In this document: in pieces, positions 20,322-29,766 of the stretch
How the letters are laid out: every line of letters starts with the position of its first letter
How positions within the stretch are numbered: position 1 is the first letter of the stretch
Origin: Phycisphaerales bacterium
GTDB taxonomy: Bacteria; Planctomycetota; Phycisphaerae; Phycisphaerales; UBA1924
Assembly (NCBI GenBank): GCA_051252395.1
Contig: JBPOFX010000001.1
Span: 557,835 to 621,834, forward strand
Direction: 5' to 3'
DNA length: 64,000 bases
The notes under the pieces: model-generated
Told to the model about the DNA's origin: nothing
What the model saw: the letters and a program-made list of their open reading frames with translations, nothing else
The model's database searches: none
Made by a program: the position numbers and the translations under genes

Positions 20322-22949
20322 TCACGAACACCCTGATGAATACTGCGACAGAAACGCGGAGACATCAAAGAAATCAAAGAGACCATTGCCATCGAAGTCC
20401 GCGGATGGATCTTGATCCGCATACCCGGCAAGAAATGCCGAGATATCAAAGAAGTCCAGCAATCCGAACGGCATCGCTAAATCCGCATTGCAGGTGACCA
20501 CGAGCCGGAGCGAATCGGTATTGGACTCGACCCGCATGATCAACGGAGATACATCCGGGAGATCAATCGAGTCAAATGATTCATCGATGGTCCATTCGCC
20601 GGTATCGTCGCCGCCGAGGACGGTCATCGCGTCGCCAGCGGTTGGTTCATAGCTATCAGGAAGCGTGACCTGGAGTGTGCCTCCGAGTGTTGCGGTGCCA
20701 TGCCCGCGAATCGCTCCATCTGCTTCGTCAGTGTCCGGATCGAACTCGACATTGAGCGTGTGCTCCGCCCCAGTCACGATGTCGAAATCTTCCGCCGTGA
20801 CATCTACTCCCGAACGCAGGAAGAGATGGCCGGAATGGTCTACTTCTCGTAGTGTGATCGCTGATCCAATGAGTTCAATCTTTCCGGTTCCAATCGTCTC
20901 AATTGTTCCGCCATGGACGGTTGTCGGACTGTCACCAACCAACCGAATAGACCTTCCATTGGCTTCGAGGCGTCCCGCTGGATATGACCCGAATGGGTAC
21001 TGTTGTAAGTACAAGCCATCGAGTTCAATGGTTCCTCCGGATTCCGTACCGATCGTCCCATTGTTGCGTAGTTCTTGATATCCTACAATTCGCATCGGCC
21101 CTGAAGACCAGTCGGCCAATATTCTACCTCTGTTTGTAAACGGACGAGTGATCTCACCATAACCAGCCAATGTTCCGTTCGTACCAATTGAGATCCCATA
21201 TGTTGCGGGCAAAATCGATCCGCCAAAGAATCGTACTTCGCCATCACTGATGACCAATGATCCAGCAAAGTCACTTGTATTCGATGCGCGAAACACTGCG
21301 AACCCGGTGCCTCTCTTGATGATCCCGTGGCTACCAAACGGACTTTCAAGATGACCAAGGAATGTAAAGCTCTCATCCGTCTCACCGATCTTCAACGAAG
21401 TATGTGAAGGAATCTCTACCGTCCCCGACCCCTCGATGATCGGCACACTCAGATCCTCAAGGACTAAAAATGTCCCGAGCGAGTACACCTCGACCTTTGA
21501 GGCGCCTCCAACGGCTGAATCCGTAAGCCCGAGCGTGCCTTCCGTGATTACAATCGAGGTGTTAGTGAGATCGTTCGTGCCAACAAGATCTTGTCTACCA
21601 GTACCAGTCTTGGTGATCCTGTTGTTACTTTCAAGGCTGCCGCTGAAGACGCCATTTGCATTCCCATTCCCAAAGATGACCCTTGAATGCTCGCTCAGTT
21701 CAATGGCCCCCTCCCCTTCAATTGCTCCAATCGTATATGGGCTAGCACCACCGAACTCGACTCGATCTGATGGCTGATCAACACATAGGGTCATTGTTGA
21801 GTTGAGCCCAGAGAAGTTGAGGTGGATTTCTCCGCCGCTCGCCTCCATTTTACCTGAGAACTCATTGAAAATGTCGCTTGTGGTTGGGGACGACGCACTC
21901 AAAAATCCTGGCCCAACAACCCTCAGCACTCCATCACCACTCATGCTGGATGTGCTATAGAGCGAACCGTTTTCCGTCTCGAGGACATACCCATTGGTAT
22001 CGATACCCCCTCGAATATCTAGCCGTCTTGGGCTCGCGTCCGTAGCCAGCCGAAGCATAGTGAGCTCGCTCGATCTGACCAGTGACGAATCAATACTCCC
22101 AGTATTCGCCTCAAGCGTGCCCTCTGAGATGACCCATTCGTCTTGACTGTCAGACCCGATCCCTGTCACGCTGAGTGTGCCTTGCCCGATTTTTTGTGTC
22201 ACTCCGCCGGTTTCAAACTGAGTGAGCTTCACTGTGTCAGGCGTGTTTGTATCCAGAATGCCATTCCCAGGAGCAGAAACTGGGATCGAAACCGTCATCC
22301 CTTCATTAAACTGCAGGCTGCTAAAATTACCCATCTCCACTGAGTTCGAAACAGCACCAAGATGCCAACTCTTTGAGATCACCAACTTCGTACTGTCACC
22401 GAGTTCAATCCCACCGGTAATTGTATGCGATGGGCGAAAGCTTGGTCTTAACTCAACATCTCCATACGCAACTCGCAGGCCTGTCGTCCCTGCAAGCGGC
22501 GTCTCCAAGATTAATGGGTAGGAGCGTTGGCTATAGATATAACATTTTTCGCCGGGTAGGCTCGTCCTCAGACGCAAGGGTGATCCTGTAATCCGAACAA
22601 TTCCGGTAGCGGAGTTTAATCGGTGGATACTAGAAACGCTCAGGTAGTCAATCAGATTGTTATCTGCAACGCAATCGCCACTTTGGGCGAACTCGAACAC
22701 CAAATGATTTTTTGCCTCCGGGTGGTGATGTGGCCGGTTAAAGTCTTCCCAGTTCGAATAATCACTCATTGAACCGGTCTCAGGCGCACCATTGGGGTTC
22801 CACCACCGATAGTGAGCTTCAGGCTGAGCAGATGCCGAGGAGACGGCTAATCCTGTGAAGAGCATCAATGCAGCTTTCAGGAGTCGCGTAGAGCTTTGGC
22901 TCTTGGGCTCAGATTCTCGGTTTTCGAGTCGAATAGCATCATTTTGCAT
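20322..22949 (-). CDS. secreted beta-helix repeat protein (autotransporter-associated beta-strand repeats) with C-terminal GC-type dockerin-like module
   Basis: 875 aa. Signal peptide. Many G-T-L-x-L/GSxxxxG repeats. The C-terminus is ...DLAMPFGLLDFFDISAFLAGYADQDPSADFDGNGLFDFFDVSAFLSQYSSGCS, paralogous to the C-terminus of the 38009-41026 protein. Confidence 0.7.
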   Translation of the reverse strand: MQNDAIRLENRESEPKSQSSTRLLKAALMLFTGLAVSSASAQPEAHYRWWNPNGAPETGSMSDYSNWEDFNRPHHHPEAKNHLVFEFAQSGDCVADNNLIDYLSVSSIHRLNSATGIVRITGSPLRLRTSLPGEKCYIYSQRSYPLILETPLAGTTGLRVAYGDVELRPSFRPSHTITGGIELGDSTKLVISKSWHLGAVSNSVEMGNFSSLQFNEGMTVSIPVSAPGNGILDTNTPDTVKLTQFETGGVTQKIGQGTLSVTGIGSDSQDEWVISEGTLEANTGSIDSSLVRSSELTMLRLATDASPRRLDIRGGIDTNGYVLETENGSLYSTSSMSGDGVLRVVGPGFLSASSPTTSDIFNEFSGKMEASGGEIHLNFSGLNSTMTLCVDQPSDRVEFGGASPYTIGAIEGEGAIELSEHSRVIFGNGNANGVFSGSLESNNRITKTGTGRQDLVGTNDLTNTSIVITEGTLGLTDSAVGGASKVEVYSLGTFLVLEDLSVPIIEGSGTVEIPSHTSLKIGETDESFTFLGHLESPFGSHGIIKRGTGFAVFRASNTSDFAGSLVISDGEVRFFGGSILPATYGISIGTNGTLAGYGEITRPFTNRGRILADWSSGPMRIVGYQELRNNGTIGTESGGTIELDGLYLQQYPFGSYPAGRLEANGRSIRLVGDSPTTVHGGTIETIGTGKIELIGSAITLREVDHSGHLFLRSGVDVTAEDFDIVTGAEHTLNVEFDPDTDEADGAIRGHGTATLGGTLQVTLPDSYEPTAGDAMTVLGGDDTGEWTIDESFDSIDLPDVSPLIMRVESNTDSLRLVVTCNADLAMPFGLLDFFDISAFLAGYADQDPSADFDGNGLFDFFDVSAFLSQYSSGCS

Positions 22950-23204
22950 AGCAGTCTCCTTTTTCTGTTAATCAACTCCCTACTCCTATGAAGTATCACG
23001 AGATCGGGAGACACTTTGCGCAATCAAATTTGAAAAATATGGCCCGTGATCATCCAGACAGGATGAGGTCATCCGGCATATACCGGTTTCACTGCAAATT
23101 AAGTGCTCTGGAAGCGACTCGAGCTTGCTGCAGTCTTGGATAGGCTTTTTCGGAAACTTCGAGCACGAATACGCCCATAAGTTAAGCACTTCTTACTGAA
23201 ATGC

Positions 23205-26200
23205 TTATCTTGTGATTTGATCAAGAATATACGGATCCTTGATCTCGTTATCGCGTGCGAGCAACAAGACTTTCGAGAGAACCTCGGCAGACTTTGGATC
23301 ATCATCGGCAAAGGGAAGGAATATCCGGCCACGGTGCTGACTATGAACGGCCACGATGAACATTGCTTTTCCGGGAAGCACAGATGTAGAAGCACTCCCC
23401 AGATGTACCGAATAGGTCGCCCGGGTACCATCGATGATTGCATGATGATCCTTGACCTGTACATTATTCAATCCAAGAAGGATACATGTTTCTCTCAAGA
23501 GGGATGCTCGCATTTCAACAGTTGATGCTGATGCTTCAGGATCCACTCCTCCAGCGTGTGCAACACTGACGACAAGATCAAGATCACGCATTGCTTCACT
23601 GAATATACGATCAGGAATTTCACCCATCGCAATATGCTGCTCTTTATCCCCTTTGCGTTTAAATGCAACACCTTCGAGCGTTAAACCTTCGACTTCTGCA
23701 GGTGTGTAAAAATGCTCTTGGAACCAAAGCTCTGCAATTAACTTTTCATCATGAAATACCTTGCGAACCCCTTCTTCAGGAGAATGGATCCACTGACGCC
23801 CCTTGAGCAACGCGAGAGCTTGTCGAGGGTTCACTTGATGCCCGGCATATCGAGTTGTCATATCACAGTGATCAAGCTCAGACTTTGTCTTAGGATATAC
23901 CTCTCTAAAGACTTGTTTGAATGGCTGGATGCGCTCGGCTTCGAAGCAATCGCGTTGCCAATCATTCCAGCTTCCAGTGTTGAGTAAATCAATAGGGTGT
24001 GCAACCCGTAACTTGTCCGAGTTTCCTACCGGCTCTAGTCCTCCATCAATGCTTCGTAAGAGTTGTCCTGATTTTTCTGGATATCCGATGAGTTTGCCGT
24101 CGCCGATGAAAACTAACCGTTCAATCATCGGTCTGAGAATTGGATGGGCTGCGAACTCTTTGAGCTCGGCCCTGGAGAACTCATCACCTCTGCACATGGA
24201 TTCCTCAAGTGATATACGCATCCGGGATCGCTGCTTACGAAGTTCGGTGACTCGAGAACGCAAATGGGTGATCTGTTCATTCTTCCTGAGTTTGGCAGGT
24301 ACACTCTTGAGCTTCTTGCCCTTCTTTAGCACAGTTAACTCAGGCTCGCCCGATTCTGTGATTGAAAGAGAAACGCTTGTCTCTTCTACAGTGACAACCA
24401 CTGGGCCTTTAGCGAGATCAGCAACCGCTTGTGATTCCATAGCCCACTGCAGACGCCTTGGATCACGGAAACCTGCTGTTCTTGCGAGGTTCTGCATCGC
24501 AATTGCGACCGACTTCCCCTCGCTCGCTTGGCGTTGACTTCCAAACTGACGGCTTTGACGCTTGAACTCTTGGATTTGTGTATAGCGAGTAAGCAACTCA
24601 TTCTTCGCATCTGATTTTTTCTTCGGCAAAGGGATCAAACCGAGTGCGCGGACAGCGTCCTGATGCCGCTTGTCATGAATTCGTAAAAGGAGTTCATCCT
24701 CATCTAAGCGATGAAGCATTGCATCGGCAAAGAGCTGCGCTCGCTTATGCCCTCCACTGTTCGAGGCATACTTCGCAGGCTTTTGCAGCTTCGTCCATCC
24801 ATCTTCACCAACGAGTTCAATCACTTGAGTAAACCATCGGACATCTACAGCCCCTTCTTCCAGATCCTCGGAGTCGAGTTCGGTTCGCTCATTAATCTGA
24901 GCCGCCCAGATTTCTCGAAAGTCTTGATTCCGCCAATAATCATTCTTTTTCGTGTGTGCGTGAATCCACCACACGGCTTCCTCAAGGCCGTCTATCCCGA
25001 GGGCATACTCTGCATGCGATGCCCATTGAGGAGCAAACATGACGAGTTCAAGCAGCCGCGTTTCCTGAAGTCCTGATGATTGATAGAGCCGGGAGAATAA
25101 TTTTGGCGAATCGTCCTCTGTTGGATTTGTTACCGAGATGAGCCGGCTGTATGAATATGCTCTGGTAGGATCCCCCCACTGGTCTTGACGAACAATCTTG
25201 TCTTTCCCTAAGGCAACAGCGAAATCGAAGAATACTTTGGCGCCACCTGAGAAACGAAGCGATGCGGCCGGATGACTGGCTGGCATAAGCATTTCACCAC
25301 GCGTGAGTTCCAATGCGACAATGCGATTCCGCATTTCATCAACTGATCGAGTTAGCTCTGTTCTGTCGCCGATTGCCTTATGCGTTTTGAAACCTGTCAG
25401 TTCATTGATTGGGCCCAATATCACGGAGGGACCATATGCGTATCCATCGCGCTTTGGTTGTACTCGCGGATGGAGCATGAGCCAAACAAAGTCTCGATCA
25501 TTGACCAATCCATTGTCAAAAGCTGCAACGAACTCCTCTACCGTAGGGCCATAGCAATATGGTTCATCCCGATCCAACGCTAGTATCTTGAGCACGCCGA
25601 GTTGGATGATGTCATTCTTGGTGAACAAATACTTATGATCAGTGCGGATAGAAGCTTGGACATGTGCCCGTTTTGATACTAAGCCTGTCTCTCGATACCC
25701 TCGATCCTCTCGAAGATCTGCTTTTTCTTGGTCACTCATTGCGTCACGAGCGAGTGAGTCTTCGAAGTATTGAACAAGCATTTTTCCAGCGTTCTGTGGT
25801 TCTGAAAGGAGCATCAGCCAGGAAACCAATCTCTCAAATCCGTATCGCAACTGCCAAACATATCTTTCTTGGAATGGCTTTGGAAGGAGCTTCATGTACG
25901 AATCACCACGATGGATCCATGCCATAGCACGAACCAGCTCTAGTCCATCCGAATCACGCGTTTCCTTTGACCGATTGTCAAGCCAATCCAGCCAAACATC
26001 GCATAACGGAAGACGCTCGGCCGCTTCCTTACGGTGATTCTCACTTGCCTTCGGCTTTGGAAACTTCCATCCGGCAGATGAAAGTAGTTCTACGCTCTTC
26101 CCCTGATCCCCTAGCTCGCCCTCTTCAAGTTTAACTTCTGTTTCACCATGAAGAATAAACAAATCAGCGATTTCTTTGAGACATTTCTTCGTGGCAGAAG

Positions 26201-28142
26201 TTTCGATTCGAACACCTACAAACTTCGGTTTGATCGTTGGGCATCGCGACCCCTTTGGGACAAGCCCAAGGCAATCATCAAGGGTAACTACTTCAGTAGC
26301 TTCACCAAGAATCCGACCCAGTGTCTCTTTCTGATCTTTGTCAGCGAACACGTCTTCATATGATCGAACTAGTGCCTGCACTTTCTTAGCGGAGCGATTG
26401 TTTTCGACTAAATGTGATGCGAGTTCAAGCCCAGCTGCCCGTTTTTTGGCGTTCTTGTCCCCGATCAATATGCCAATGATTTCAACTACCTTGACATCTT
26501 TGAGCTTCGACAGTCGACTAATTGCACCTTGACGAAGACTCGCGGCTGTCCGGTGCAAGTTGGACATCAGCAACTCAACTTCGTCTTCCTCGACGGGGAG
26601 CTTATCGATCGCCAAGAATGCAGCCTTCTGAACATCTTGACGCGGATCGCAGGTGAGTTGTATAACCGCTGAGCGGGCTTGAGCTGTGAGCTTACTTGGT
26701 TTTCGTTTGACCCTCTTCCCATTGACCCAGCTGTGCCCAGTCTCAGCTAGATGATTAATAAGATTGACAACATCCCATGAATCAAGTGCGTGCATATATG
26801 GGGTCATGAGATCTGGCGAGCCAGCTGACATTGCCTTGAGAGCCGAAGCGACCACTCGTCGATCGTACTCATACTTTGCCCAAGGCCAAACGATGGGGTC
26901 AAGTTTCTTCTTGCGTTTGGGCATTGAGTTGAAGAGAGTACCCAAAGATTGAAACAACTCAGGAGTTACTGAAGTAAACTGGATACGAGCAATGAATGAC
27001 AACATGGCCATGAGCACGCGCTCATCCTTTTCCTCGTGAGATCGTAATCGTGTCGCTATTCTTTCAACTGACTCTGGTAGTAGAGCGAGGTGTTCGAGAA
27101 TTTTTACGGCAACGAATCTGCGTTCTGCACATTGATGAACCAACGCCACCTCAGCCTGTTTCACAGCTTCTTGCGCATTCAGATACGCGCTGACCCATAG
27201 CGCAAGATAAGCCTCGGCTGGCTTAGCGGATTCGATCGCCTGCAATCTCGCTTTTTCGTCATCTAAATACAAGCAGAGTGAATCAATACCATCGTGAACA
27301 ACTTTACTGCTTCCACTGGCCCATTGCATACCGAGCCACGCATCGAATGCACGAACAGTAGCACTGAAACGCGCTAAATCATGTTCACGAATGATGCCCA
27401 GCATATATCGAAATGCTTCTGGATTGGCCCCGTCGATTGCCTCCAGTATTGACTGGCGTAAGCCCTCCTGTCGCTGAGCAGCGAGCAATAATTTAGCGAT
27501 GACTTCCCAATCATCACGCTGATTTGAGTTGAGCATCGCAGAGATGACATGATGCCCCATATCACCAATTTCATGATCACCATTGATCGAGTCCACAAGA
27601 ACGCTTCGTACACGATCAGCATCATCACCGCCTTGTCGTAGGACAGTGGCGAGCAACCAACCGATATGTGCCTTGGGCTCATTGGAGTACATCTTGAGAT
27701 GCTGCGACCAAGCCGCGACCCATTCAATGTCTTCCTTGTAGCCGGCGAGCGAGTCACACAGTGAGAGGAAGAAACGAGCCCGATTGGCATCGACACTCTC
27801 AGCTCTATCTGGTGCACGAAAAGGAAATCGTATGTAGCCATGTTGATATGGGCGATCGCCTGCAGTTTGCCACGCTTGCTCAATATGCAGTGCCATCTTC
27901 GGGAACAATGAGTCCCAGAGCTTCAGCCTTCGTTTCTCATCGATCTTACTGAAGTACTTTATCGTTCGCTGCTGTCGGTCATCATTCTCGATATGACGGT
28001 AGCCATCTCTTTTATGGTCAACGATCGATCTCAACTCATCTCGTGCCTTGCCGGGTGTTCGAATCAGTTTCTTTATTTGAGCGTCGATCCATTTGACATC
28101 ACGAGCGTCTTCGGCTTGTTGCTGTAGATTTTCTCGATCCAC
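23205..28142 (-). CDS. giant (1645 aa) alpha-helical repeat protein of unknown function. The C-terminal region possibly belongs to the DUF4132 (MolR/YehI-like) family.
   Basis: Uninterrupted 4.9-kb ORF. It starts 17 nt after the stop of the 142-aa ORF and lies in the same orientation downstream of rtcA. It is helical and HEAT/ARM-like over most of its length. The C-terminal third contains W-x-x-W...QPFKQVFREVY and ...YSVHLGSASTSV... blocks that I recall as DUF4132-like (from memory, unverified). Confidence 0.6.
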   Translation of the reverse strand: MDRENLQQQAEDARDVKWIDAQIKKLIRTPGKARDELRSIVDHKRDGYRHIENDDRQQRTIKYFSKIDEKRRLKLWDSLFPKMALHIEQAWQTAGDRPYQHGYIRFPFRAPDRAESVDANRARFFLSLCDSLAGYKEDIEWVAAWSQHLKMYSNEPKAHIGWLLATVLRQGGDDADRVRSVLVDSINGDHEIGDMGHHVISAMLNSNQRDDWEVIAKLLLAAQRQEGLRQSILEAIDGANPEAFRYMLGIIREHDLARFSATVRAFDAWLGMQWASGSSKVVHDGIDSLCLYLDDEKARLQAIESAKPAEAYLALWVSAYLNAQEAVKQAEVALVHQCAERRFVAVKILEHLALLPESVERIATRLRSHEEKDERVLMAMLSFIARIQFTSVTPELFQSLGTLFNSMPKRKKKLDPIVWPWAKYEYDRRVVASALKAMSAGSPDLMTPYMHALDSWDVVNLINHLAETGHSWVNGKRVKRKPSKLTAQARSAVIQLTCDPRQDVQKAAFLAIDKLPVEEDEVELLMSNLHRTAASLRQGAISRLSKLKDVKVVEIIGILIGDKNAKKRAAGLELASHLVENNRSAKKVQALVRSYEDVFADKDQKETLGRILGEATEVVTLDDCLGLVPKGSRCPTIKPKFVGVRIETSATKKCLKEIADLFILHGETEVKLEEGELGDQGKSVELLSSAGWKFPKPKASENHRKEAAERLPLCDVWLDWLDNRSKETRDSDGLELVRAMAWIHRGDSYMKLLPKPFQERYVWQLRYGFERLVSWLMLLSEPQNAGKMLVQYFEDSLARDAMSDQEKADLREDRGYRETGLVSKRAHVQASIRTDHKYLFTKNDIIQLGVLKILALDRDEPYCYGPTVEEFVAAFDNGLVNDRDFVWLMLHPRVQPKRDGYAYGPSVILGPINELTGFKTHKAIGDRTELTRSVDEMRNRIVALELTRGEMLMPASHPAASLRFSGGAKVFFDFAVALGKDKIVRQDQWGDPTRAYSYSRLISVTNPTEDDSPKLFSRLYQSSGLQETRLLELVMFAPQWASHAEYALGIDGLEEAVWWIHAHTKKNDYWRNQDFREIWAAQINERTELDSEDLEEGAVDVRWFTQVIELVGEDGWTKLQKPAKYASNSGGHKRAQLFADAMLHRLDEDELLLRIHDKRHQDAVRALGLIPLPKKKSDAKNELLTRYTQIQEFKRQSRQFGSQRQASEGKSVAIAMQNLARTAGFRDPRRLQWAMESQAVADLAKGPVVVTVEETSVSLSITESGEPELTVLKKGKKLKSVPAKLRKNEQITHLRSRVTELRKQRSRMRISLEESMCRGDEFSRAELKEFAAHPILRPMIERLVFIGDGKLIGYPEKSGQLLRSIDGGLEPVGNSDKLRVAHPIDLLNTGSWNDWQRDCFEAERIQPFKQVFREVYPKTKSELDHCDMTTRYAGHQVNPRQALALLKGRQWIHSPEEGVRKVFHDEKLIAELWFQEHFYTPAEVEGLTLEGVAFKRKGDKEQHIAMGEIPDRIFSEAMRDLDLVVSVAHAGGVDPEASASTVEMRASLLRETCILLGLNNVQVKDHHAIIDGTRATYSVHLGSASTSVLPGKAMFIVAVHSQHRGRIFLPFADDDPKSAEVLSKVLLLARDNEIKDPYILDQITR

Positions 28143-28159
28143 TGTATACTCCGAGTTGT

Positions 28160-28588
28160 TTATGCCCCAGCCAAAAAGACAAGGCGGATAAATGTAATAT
28201 GACTCGTTGGACTTAGCTGGACAATCTCATCAAGACATTTCCGTTCGACTTCATCGATAACTACAAGGTATAGCCCATCAATAAACCCCATCAGGGCAGC
28301 CCCAACAGCCTCTTCGACATCCACAGAATGGGGAATGCTCTTGTTTGCAGGATCGATTTTCCCTAAAACTATCCCACGGTCTATTTGCGACTTGCTCAGT
28401 ACTCGATCAAACTGCAACTGCTCCTGCCGACGATCAAACTTGGCAACTTCGCTATGTACGATGTGCTCAATGATTTTACGGAGTGTTAAATCATCCCCAT
28501 CACCAATCTCAGATGGAGGGGGCACACTGAAATCCGCGAGCAGCGGCTTCCGTTTACCAAGCAATCTCGTTGAAACAACAATGGACAA
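28160..28588 (-). CDS. hypothetical protein (142 aa), probably co-transcribed with the giant ORF
   Basis: The ORF lies 145 nt downstream of rtcA and 17 nt upstream of the 1645-aa ORF. No motif recognised. Confidence 0.45.
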   Translation of the reverse strand: MSIVVSTRLLGKRKPLLADFSVPPPSEIGDGDDLTLRKIIEHIVHSEVAKFDRRQEQLQFDRVLSKSQIDRGIVLGKIDPANKSIPHSVDVEEAVGAALMGFIDGLYLVVIDEVERKCLDEIVQLSPTSHITFIRLVFLAGA

Positions 28589-28733
28589 GAAAACAACTCC
28601 CTATAGAACGACAAAACCGATCTATGGTATGTTATGGCATTTTCTTTAGGATTGTGGCGCACGATAGAGTCAATAGTGATTATCATAGCATCAGAACACA
28701 GTTCTACTGCGACTCAAAATTTCCAATACTTGC

Positions 28734-29750
28734 TCAAACAATCCGGACTGTATTCAATCCCCGATCGAGTTCTTTCGATTGAATCTTGATCTGCAAAAAC
28801 TGCTCGATCACGAATGCATTTGTCTCCGAATGAGGAGTCAGAGCACATGTCCTGAACTCCCCCACTCCTGCCATCGCAAACGGGAGCATAAGTTGATCAG
28901 CGAGATGACTCCATACTGGTACACCCTTGTGCAAGTAATGATGGACTTGTGCCGCCGTTGATTTGGCCACACGCTCAGCGGATCGTCCGCGCTCGCCGAA
29001 TCCAGTAAAGACCTCGGTTACATGCTCACTCTGTATCTCGATGCTGAGCACATTCCCAGGGCCTACTGAATCAGCGAGTTGCTCGATGCAAAGCGAGTCC
29101 TGCTCCCATTCAAGATTCTTAGCGATCACATCCAACTCTCGTTTTGCAATGTCAGTGGATAGTCCAGCGACTGTAGCAGTCGCTGTCTGTGCGACAATAT
29201 CACCACGCTCCACGATTGACACTGGCGCAAGTTTCTTTACCGGATCAATTTCAACCCGGATCCGTCCTCCTCCAGCGGGGTAAAAACCATGTCGCTCGAT
29301 CTCAACACGCACACGCGGCCCCATTCGTTCGATGATTGGCAGGAACGACTTGCAAAGAAAATCGACACTGGGCGCGTGGGTATTGTGCGTCCCGCCCTCG
29401 ATCATCACCACCGATGGCGCAGAAGCGATCATCAACGCGGGAAGAATCGTTTGAAGCACAAGTGTTGTGCTCCCAGCCGAGCCGATGGCGAAAGAATACT
29501 CTCCGCTCTGGACTGGTCCTGGTCGAAACTCTACCTTGGACGATCCGAGTTCTGCTCCCGTGACCTTTGCACCACATACGGCGGCTGCTGCTTTGACCGC
29601 GGTGAGGTGTTGGCGCAAAAGCCCCGGCTTCTGACGGCCGGAGCGAATTTTCTCGATGCAAAAAGGGCGAGCAGTCACCATCGAGAGTGCCAAAGCACTT
29701 CGAAGGATCTGCCCGCCGCCTTCGCCTGTTGAGCCATCAATATGAATCAT
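28734..29750 (-). CDS. rtcA: RNA 3'-terminal phosphate cyclase
   Basis: MIHIDGSTGEGGGQILRSALALSM...GLLRQHLTAVKAA...FAIGSAGSTTLVLQTILPAL...HGFYPAGGG aligns residue-for-residue with E. coli RtcA as I recall it. Confidence 0.9.
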   Translation of the reverse strand: MIHIDGSTGEGGGQILRSALALSMVTARPFCIEKIRSGRQKPGLLRQHLTAVKAAAAVCGAKVTGAELGSSKVEFRPGPVQSGEYSFAIGSAGSTTLVLQTILPALMIASAPSVVMIEGGTHNTHAPSVDFLCKSFLPIIERMGPRVRVEIERHGFYPAGGGRIRVEIDPVKKLAPVSIVERGDIVAQTATATVAGLSTDIAKRELDVIAKNLEWEQDSLCIEQLADSVGPGNVLSIEIQSEHVTEVFTGFGERGRSAERVAKSTAAQVHHYLHKGVPVWSHLADQLMLPFAMAGVGEFRTCALTPHSETNAFVIEQFLQIKIQSKELDRGLNTVRIV

Positions 29751-29766
29751 GAATGTAACCTCTCAA

